Source of the DNA: Promethearchaeia archaeon
GTDB lineage: Archaea > Asgardarchaeota > Lokiarchaeia > Sigyniarchaeales > SOKP01
Assembly (NCBI GenBank): GCA_029856155.1
Contig: JAHQWL010000101.1
Coordinates: 1 to 13,309 of the forward strand
DNA: 13,309 nt
Direction of reading: 5' to 3'
In this document: piece by piece, positions 7,123 through 13,309 of the stretch
Layout of the letters: each line of letters starts with the position of its first letter
How positions within the stretch are numbered: position 1 is the first letter of the stretch
Translations under genes and position numbers: made by a program
The notes under the pieces: generated by a model
The model's database searches: none
What the model saw: the letters and a program-made list of their open reading frames with translations, nothing else
What the model was told of the DNA's origin: nothing

Positions 7123-7908
7123 TTATTTGTGTTTATGAATAAATTCTTTCAATGGAGTCGTATATTCTTCTTTAAATGAAAAGATATTATTATGCCCTGC
7201 ACCTTCAATTAATACTAATTTTTTCTCAATTCCATCAGGAATATTGTCATAAATTAGGTTACTTTCAGTAGAAGGAATAATGAAATCTTGAGTACCATGA
7301 ATTATCAAAACAGGTTTTTGAAATTTCCTGATTCTTGTGTTATTTGAAAACTCGCTCAATCCATCGGGAGTAATACCAGGTCCACTCACTCTGAATAGCC
7401 TTGTCATCATGTTATACATACTCGCAAACCCACTTTCAAAAATAATTCCTTTTAAACTGTTCGGATTATGTGAGCCGATTTCTGAAGCACAAACACTACC
7501 AAGCGAACGTCCCAAAAGAAATAGAGAATCTTTTAAATCATATTCAATCATCCATTCATAGAATTTATCGTACACCGGAAAGGCGTCAGAAATCAAACTG
7601 CTATATATTGGTTGACCTGAACTGAAACCATAACCACGAAAGTCAACAACTGCCAAATTTACCCCACAATCAAAAAAAAAGTCTAAGAAATATTGGTAAT
7701 CAGCTGCAATCTCTCCATTTCCATGAAATAACAATATTGTTGGGAGGTTCACATCATTTAAATAGAAAAATCCTCCGATCATAATGTTTTTACTTATTTC
7801 AAATTTTAAGATTTTAATATTTGGCCCTAAATTAGTAGGGATAGGAACTTTTCGTGGATAAAAAACAATATTAGAAACTGTTGGGCTATCAATTAACTTT
7901 TTCACCAT
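7123..7908 (-). CDS. Alpha/beta hydrolase (ABHD13/ABHD17-like serine hydrolase)
   Basis: FHGNGE oxyanion motif, DFRGYGFS, GRSLG nucleophile elbow, IHGTQD acid, GAGHN His. ATG 7908 preferred over the track start at 7947. Confidence 0.88.
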   Translation of the reverse strand: MVKKLIDSPTVSNIVFYPRKVPIPTNLGPNIKILKFEISKNIMIGGFFYLNDVNLPTILLFHGNGEIAADYQYFLDFFFDCGVNLAVVDFRGYGFSSGQPIYSSLISDAFPVYDKFYEWMIEYDLKDSLFLLGRSLGSVCASEIGSHNPNSLKGIIFESGFASMYNMMTRLFRVSGPGITPDGLSEFSNNTRIRKFQKPVLIIHGTQDFIIPSTESNLIYDNIPDGIEKKLVLIEGAGHNNIFSFKEEYTTPLKEFIHKHK

Positions 7909-8067
7909 AATAGAAAACCTCTTGTATGTTTTTAAAAAATTGCTCAAATGCTTAAATTATTTTGTTAATAATTTTTGACAAAATTGAAAATCCTTAAATA
8001 AAATTGTTATAATTAGGTACATACCGTAAATCCAATTTTTAAAATTTAAAAGAGGTATATATGAACT

Positions 8068-8379
8068 ATGGGAGTTATAATGATAACTACATGGTACCCG
8101 AGCCATAAAGGTATGGATATTGGTAAAATGTATTTAAAGCAACCAAGAGAGGTACCATATGTTACAAAATGGCGTGTTTTTAATACTCCAGCTGGGAACG
8201 ATGGTATGAAACAATACCATTTAATATACACAGAAAAAGGAAAATTAGAAGAAGCAACTATGGAGCTATGGAAATATTTTACTCCATTTGCTTTACAGAT
8301 AGAAGGATATAATATGACAGTTGAAATGCTAATTGGAGTATCAGATACCTATAAAATGGCAGGAATGAAATGGGAATAA
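8068..8379 (+). CDS. Hypothetical protein (small alpha/beta fold likely)
   Basis: 103-aa ORF with GAGGT upstream, protein-like composition and a T tract (8401-8414) after the stop; no motif I can name reliably. Confidence 0.7.
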   Translation: MGVIMITTWYPSHKGMDIGKMYLKQPREVPYVTKWRVFNTPAGNDGMKQYHLIYTEKGKLEEATMELWKYFTPFALQIEGYNMTVEMLIGVSDTYKMAGMKWE

Positions 8380-8431
8380 GTTCTTAATTAATTTAAATTC
8401 TTTTTTTTTATTTTGAGAGAAAAGACACTTT

Positions 8432-8986
8432 CTAATCCTTAGGTACTTTCTTTTTATAATACGCTAAAATAAGTATCATTGTGCTAAATAGGATTATTGA
8501 GAATGTTATCACATTGAAATCAATATTTGGTTGACCCTCAGAACAAACAGGGTACCCCTCAGCAATCCAATCAGTTATACCTCCTAGCATATTGTAAATC
8601 TTTGTAAAATTGTAATTGTCTACTACGTTATCACTTGCTAGGGCACTTCTACCTCCAACCCCACAGTAAACTATTATTTCAATATCCTTATACGGTTCAA
8701 GTTCGCTAATTCTCGCATCAATTTCTGAAACGGGTAATAAAATTGCATCGCATAAATGATTTTCATCATATTCCGATTGTTCTTTAACATCAAGTATAAT
8801 CAAGTTCGGATATTGAGTATTGTTATTTATCATATCATAAGCGGTTTGCACAGAAATATCTCTAACAGTCTGAGCTTTGACATTTACTACAGGCATCAAA
8901 ATAAAAGCCGGTAATAAAAAGAATAAAATAGAGAATAATACAATATTTTTAGGACTAAATAATTTCGACTCGGTTTTTAAGGTCAT
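8432..8986 (-). CDS. Rhodanese-like domain protein with N-terminal signal/TM and C-terminal membrane anchor
   Basis: IILDVKEQSEYDENHL, active-site loop VYCGVGGRS, MLGGITDW; hydrophobic N-terminus ending VKA-Q; C-terminal TM followed by KKK. Confidence 0.85.
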   Translation of the reverse strand: MTLKTESKLFSPKNIVLFSILFFLLPAFILMPVVNVKAQTVRDISVQTAYDMINNNTQYPNLIILDVKEQSEYDENHLCDAILLPVSEIDARISELEPYKDIEIIVYCGVGGRSALASDNVVDNYNFTKIYNMLGGITDWIAEGYPVCSEGQPNIDFNVITFSIILFSTMILILAYYKKKVPKD

Positions 8987-9003
8987 ACTATTACCTTCAT
9001 AAA

Positions 9004-9753
9004 TTATTTTTTTGCCTTTCCTTGACTGGCAACAGCTTCAATTGCTTTAGCTATTTCTTCAGCATCACCAAGATAATAATGTGTAATTGGCTTTAAATCA
9101 TCATCTAATTCATATATCAATGGAACTCCAGTAGGTATATTTAATTTGACCACTTCTTCATCTGGCATATTATCAAGATATTTTACAAGTGCTCTTAAAC
9201 TATTTCCATGAGCTGAAATCAAGACTTTCTTGCCAGATTTTATTGTAGGGATGATAGTATCGTGCCAATAAGGTAATACCCTTGCCACTGTATCTTTCAA
9301 ACATTCAGTTAAAGGAATCTCATCGGCAGATAAGCCTTTATATTTCTCCTCATTTCCAGGATATCGTGGATCGCTTGTTTTTAGAGGTGGAGGAGGTATA
9401 TCATAACTCCGTCTCCAGATAAGAACCTGTTCTTCCCCAACTTCTTTTGCCATCTCTGATTTAGAATATCCTTGTAAAGCACCATAATGTCTTTCATTTA
9501 ATCGCCAAGAACGAAACACTGGAATCCACATTAAGTCCATCTTATCTAAAACAATCCAAAGAGTTCGAATTCCTCTTTTAAGTACCGATGTATATGCTAT
9601 ATCAAAAGTAAAACCTCCTTCTTTCAACAGTTTTGCAGCTTCAATAGCTTCTTGGACCCCTTTTTCTGAAAGATCCACATCTGTCCAACCAGTAAACTTG
9701 TTTTCTTTATTCCAGGTACTTTCTCCATGCCTTAGAAGCACTACTTTAAACAT
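9004..9753 (-). CDS. gpmA: 2,3-bisphosphoglycerate-dependent phosphoglycerate mutase
   Basis: [51 protein letters not shown] and LNIPTG are canonical dPGM motifs; ATG 9753. Confidence 0.96.
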   Translation of the reverse strand: MFKVVLLRHGESTWNKENKFTGWTDVDLSEKGVQEAIEAAKLLKEGGFTFDIAYTSVLKRGIRTLWIVLDKMDLMWIPVFRSWRLNERHYGALQGYSKSEMAKEVGEEQVLIWRRSYDIPPPPLKTSDPRYPGNEEKYKGLSADEIPLTECLKDTVARVLPYWHDTIIPTIKSGKKVLISAHGNSLRALVKYLDNMPDEEVVKLNIPTGVPLIYELDDDLKPITHYYLGDAEEIAKAIEAVASQGKAKK

Positions 9754-9884
9754 TTTAATCACATTTTGTACTTGTATTTAACACATTATTTGATTATTTT
9801 AAAACTTAATATATAAATTCTTTCTCTTAAAAAAAGAATAAAAAAAAAATAAAATTAGAATTAATTATTTTCTCATATATATCA

Positions 9885-11309
9885 CTATGATTGATCGATA
9901 TTTGAAGATCCTTCTAATTCTTCTAACTTTTTATGCTTTTCATCATGCAATATAAGTACATCTTTTTGAATCTTTTCCCAATATTTTCCTTTTATTGGAT
10001 ACAATTGTAATATTAGAGCTGCTATTATTAATGCAATTCCTGGAATTAATCCAATGAAAAGTCTAATTGCAAAAATTGCTGCTGGTGGTTGTGGAAGTAC
10101 TGGGGGATCACCAAGATCATGAGGAATAAAGTTGGCTAAATCTAATAATGCTGTAGGAATGATTATAGCAATACTTTGTGCGGGCTTAGTAAATAAAGCA
10201 TTCATACCGAAGAAAGCAGCTTCTCTTCTTACTCCTGTCTCTAATTCATCTTCGTCAGATACTTGCGCAAATAAGACATTGGTAAAAATTAAAGGTCCTA
10301 CAAAACCGATCGCGGCAATAGCTAATGTTAGGTAAACTAATTCTACGACATCAAAAGCAGTAATAATAAATAACAGAATTAATCCCGTTCCACCGATTAA
10401 AAGTAAAAATTGGTCACTTCTTACTACACCCCATTTTTTAATTAATTTCGGAGTTGCCCAGATACCGGCGAGGAGGGGGATAAATACAAATAATAATAAA
10501 ATCATTGTTGATTGTTGTACGACATAGTCTGCTAAATAGAAGAGAGATCCAACAATTAATGACTGAATGAGGATTCCCATAAAATTAGCGGCAGCAACAA
10601 CAAGAAAGGACCTACTTTTTATTGTAACCTTAAAAGCTTCTCCAAATCCTAAGGGTTTACCTATTTTAGCGAATTCTGGTCTTTCTGTGAATTTATAAGA
10701 AGTATAGAGGATTAATGCCACACCTAAAATTCCAACCAATACCATCGACATCAGAAGTAAAAAACGTGATTGATTGCGGAATAAATCTGGGATGATGAAG
10801 CCGAAAATCGTACCAATCATACTAAAGAATTGCCAATACATGTTAAGACCATTTCGTTCTTGTTCATCTTCGGTCAGTTCAGGTAGAAGAGCAGAATATA
10901 CAAGAAATATTATCGTATAAGCGGTATCATAAAGACATGTTGTTATCACCATCCACCAGAATATATTCCAATTTCCTGCACTTGCATCTGGAGCAAACCA
11001 GACTAATACAAATGTTAAAGCTAAAAATGGAGCAGTGAATCTAATAAATGGAATTCTCCTTCCCTTTTTGATTTTTGACCTATCTGAATAAAATCCGAAG
11101 AGTGGATCATTTAAAGCATTGACTATTAGATAGATAATTTGGACGTAATAGATAATCGCTGCGTTCTCTACTAAACCTAAATAATCCACATAAAAAATAG
11201 GTAAAAGAGATGCGTAAATACCTCCTATCATTGCTCCACCAAGACTAGCCAAACCCCATTGTACTTTACGTGTTTTTGAAAACTTAGGTGGTGTTCGATT
11301 AATTGACAT
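9885..11309 (-). CDS. MFS transporter, GPH (MelB-like glycoside-pentoside-hexuronide:cation symporter) family
   Basis: NALNDPLFGFYSDR, GRRIPF, YSALLPELT...ER, DEDELETGVRREAAFFG and terminal YPI are GPH signatures. Confidence 0.9.
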   Translation of the reverse strand: MSINRTPPKFSKTRKVQWGLASLGGAMIGGIYASLLPIFYVDYLGLVENAAIIYYVQIIYLIVNALNDPLFGFYSDRSKIKKGRRIPFIRFTAPFLALTFVLVWFAPDASAGNWNIFWWMVITTCLYDTAYTIIFLVYSALLPELTEDEQERNGLNMYWQFFSMIGTIFGFIIPDLFRNQSRFLLLMSMVLVGILGVALILYTSYKFTERPEFAKIGKPLGFGEAFKVTIKSRSFLVVAAANFMGILIQSLIVGSLFYLADYVVQQSTMILLLFVFIPLLAGIWATPKLIKKWGVVRSDQFLLLIGGTGLILLFIITAFDVVELVYLTLAIAAIGFVGPLIFTNVLFAQVSDEDELETGVRREAAFFGMNALFTKPAQSIAIIIPTALLDLANFIPHDLGDPPVLPQPPAAIFAIRLFIGLIPGIALIIAALILQLYPIKGKYWEKIQKDVLILHDEKHKKLEELEGSSNIDQS

Positions 11310-11418
11310 TATTGATCATTTTGATTTTTTTTATATAGAGTGAATTTTTCTTAATGAAAATATATCAACTATTTTCTTTATTAAAATTTATTTTCAAAAA
11401 TTATTAATTCATTTAAAA

Positions 11419-12309
11419 TTAGTCTATTTTTCTATTTGAAAATTGTTTTGTATCAAATTCAATTCTTTCACCCGTATCTACCAATCTTCTCATTGGTTGT
11501 TTCTTACTATCTTCTATGGCGATCTGAGTTGGTTGATATTTTTGTGCCGGATTTCCAATATAAATCCAATCGGGTTCTATTATTTGATTAATATGGGTTA
11601 CTGTCCACACACCTAAAGTTGCTCCTTTCCCAATTATAGTACCTGGTGAAACAATTGAATTTGCTCCTAATACTACATGATCACCAACAATAACTTTTTT
11701 AATTAAAAGATAATCAGTATTCTCTATTCTGACAATAGTGCTCGAAAAAATTTGAGCTCCTTGCCCTATCATAATATTATTGCCATACTCAATAAATTCA
11801 ACATCGCTCCAACCATCAAACATAGTACTTTTAAAGTCGGCATTTATATCACACATTTTAAACGCAAAATTGTTAGCCCAAGGAAAACAGAAATTATTCC
11901 ATACCAGAAAAATGAATTTTTTCACAGTTACTCGTAAGCAGAAATAAGAAAAATCTTTATTCTTTCGGTCAATTTTAAAAAGTCCCTCTTGTGGTTTATG
12001 AATTAATTTAAGAATAATTAAACACAATTTACCTAGAAGTAAACTAAGGAGAATATAGGAGCCCCACCAAGCAAAAATATCAATAAAAAATAATACAATT
12101 CTCCAATGAAAAAGATTTGAATCCATTGCAAAACTAAAAAAAGTCAATATCATTACTGAAGGCATCACGATTGAAAGAAAATGTAAAAATAAATAGAGTA
12201 AAGATGAAGTAAAAGTCCATTTAAATCCATTTGTTGTTATTGGGATCTTTTTAATATCAATTGAATTTTCTCCAGATTTAATGACTGAAATTCCATTATT
12301 CTCCGTCAT
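11419..12309 (-). CDS. Membrane-bound left-handed beta-helix (hexapeptide-repeat) acyltransferase-like protein
   Basis: Two TM segments, then IEYGNNIMIGQGAQI, VIVGDHVVLGANSIVSPGTIIGKGATLG and YIGNPAQ; ATG 12309 follows GGAGGTGA and overlaps the upstream stop by 14 bp. Confidence 0.8.
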   Translation of the reverse strand: MTENNGISVIKSGENSIDIKKIPITTNGFKWTFTSSLLYLFLHFLSIVMPSVMILTFFSFAMDSNLFHWRIVLFFIDIFAWWGSYILLSLLLGKLCLIILKLIHKPQEGLFKIDRKNKDFSYFCLRVTVKKFIFLVWNNFCFPWANNFAFKMCDINADFKSTMFDGWSDVEFIEYGNNIMIGQGAQIFSSTIVRIENTDYLLIKKVIVGDHVVLGANSIVSPGTIIGKGATLGVWTVTHINQIIEPDWIYIGNPAQKYQPTQIAIEDSKKQPMRRLVDTGERIEFDTKQFSNRKID

Positions 12310-13309
12310 ATTCACCTCCAGTGAATTTCTTAATTTGTTCTCGATTTAATTTTTTTGCAGGAAATCGTCCATATATATTATTTTTTCCCAACTGATCATA
12401 TTTTATTGATGCACACATTGGTAATACTGTAGAATTATCTTCCATCTTTAAACCTGGTAAAGAACCATTTGATAGACTAAAAACGCAATTATTACCAATG
12501 TCAGCTCCAAAAAAAGTTAGATTTTCTTCTCCGTAAACGCCGTCAACTAAATGGTTGGTAATGTGGGAAAAAGTTCCGATATAACAATTTCTACCATAAT
12601 CAACATGACTATGGAAAAAAGTATCTTCAAAGACTGTTGCTTTACCAATCTTATTCGAACCTATAAATTTTAACTCCCAATTAATAAGCCAAGGAAAGGG
12701 AGAACGAATAAAAGCAAAGATTGGATATTTAAATAAGAAGGACCTAAAATGATAATAATCTAAAGCTTTAGATGTTTCGTCTAAATTCCGATCAAATACT
12801 CCTTGAACATGTCCTCTTTTATCTGTTATTTTGTAAAACCATCTAGTAAAGAGCGCTACAAAAAATAAATGAATGAGGTATATCGCAATAAAAATTAAAG
12901 GTGTAAGGAATAGATTTGTAATTATAGTTGTATCTAAAAATGAATTTAAAGAAAAAGTGGTTGAGAGTAAATTTGGGATTAGTAATCCAAATAGAAATAA
13001 GAAAAATAAAAAACCGGGCAAAATAAAAGAACACCCAATTATAATTATTCCCGCGATTAAATAGAAGTGAAAAGGAACTGATAATTCCTTTGCATACGCT
13101 CTTAAATTTTCTGTATCATATTCATCAAAAATCTTCCTATTAAAAATAATATTTTGGAGCTTATTGTGATTTTTAATTGATTCTGTTCCCTCTATCTTTT
13201 TAGCAGGAGAACCTCGGTAAATTGCGTTAGATTCTAACCGTTGATTAAGTGTTGTCATTGCAATTGCATCTAATATTGTATTAGATTCTATTATTGTTCC
13301 AGGTAATAC
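12296..13309 (-). CDS. Membrane-bound protein with at least two left-handed beta-helix modules (5' end outside window)
   Basis: The frame is open to the window edge (VLPGTIIESNTILDAIAMTT...YRGSPAKK is the end of one LbH module), then two TM segments and a second module (IGSNKIGKATVF, YGRNCYIG, IGNNCVF, YGRFPAKK). Confidence 0.8.
   Translation of the reverse strand, partial: VLPGTIIESNTILDAIAMTTLNQRLESNAIYRGSPAKKIEGTESIKNHNKLQNIIFNRKIFDEYDTENLRAYAKELSVPFHFYLIAGIIIIGCSFILPGFLFFLFLFGLLIPNLLSTTFSLNSFLDTTIITNLFLTPLIFIAIYLIHLFFVALFTRWFYKITDKRGHVQGVFDRNLDETSKALDYYHFRSFLFKYPIFAFIRSPFPWLINWELKFIGSNKIGKATVFEDTFFHSHVDYGRNCYIGTFSHITNHLVDGVYGEENLTFFGADIGNNCVFSLSNGSLPGLKMEDNSTVLPMCASIKYDQLGKNNIYGRFPAKKLNREQIKKFTGGEYDGE

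Noticed and set aside
7337-8231. ORFs 7337-7561 (+) and 8046-8231 (-)
   Set aside because: Antisense to the hydrolase and to the 103-aa gene respectively.
10132-13064. ORFs 10132-10335, 11752-11937, 12843-13034 and 12873-13064
   Set aside because: Overlap longer motif-bearing genes; no independent support.

Overview
AT-rich prokaryotic chromosomal window with no rRNA, tRNA, CRISPR array, transposase or recombinase visible. GGTGA/GGAGGTGA-type ribosome-binding sites, TATA-like boxes, oligo-T terminators, a stand-alone zinc-ribbon/RING protein and several MFS carriers suggest an archaeon, probably Asgard (Lokiarchaeia-like); this is inference. Most genes are ordinary: three MFS transporters, a TIGR04076-type protein, an MBL-fold hydrolase, a DUF998-like membrane protein, an alpha/beta hydrolase, a membrane-anchored rhodanese, gpmA and two TM/left-handed beta-helix proteins. 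The notable region is 3.1-4.2 kb. A 647-bp segment (3130-3776) is bounded by 28/29-bp imperfect inverted repeats. Flipping it in silico joins a truncated minus-strand ORF (3123-3341) in frame to an orphan C-terminal piece (3777-3882), giving a ~105-aa protein. That protein aligns without gaps, across the junction, to two neighbouring small paralogues, and after the flip all three genes lie in tandem on one strand. This looks like a gene-splitting inversion (candidate inverton or phase-variation switch) in a cluster of uncharacterised small proteins.
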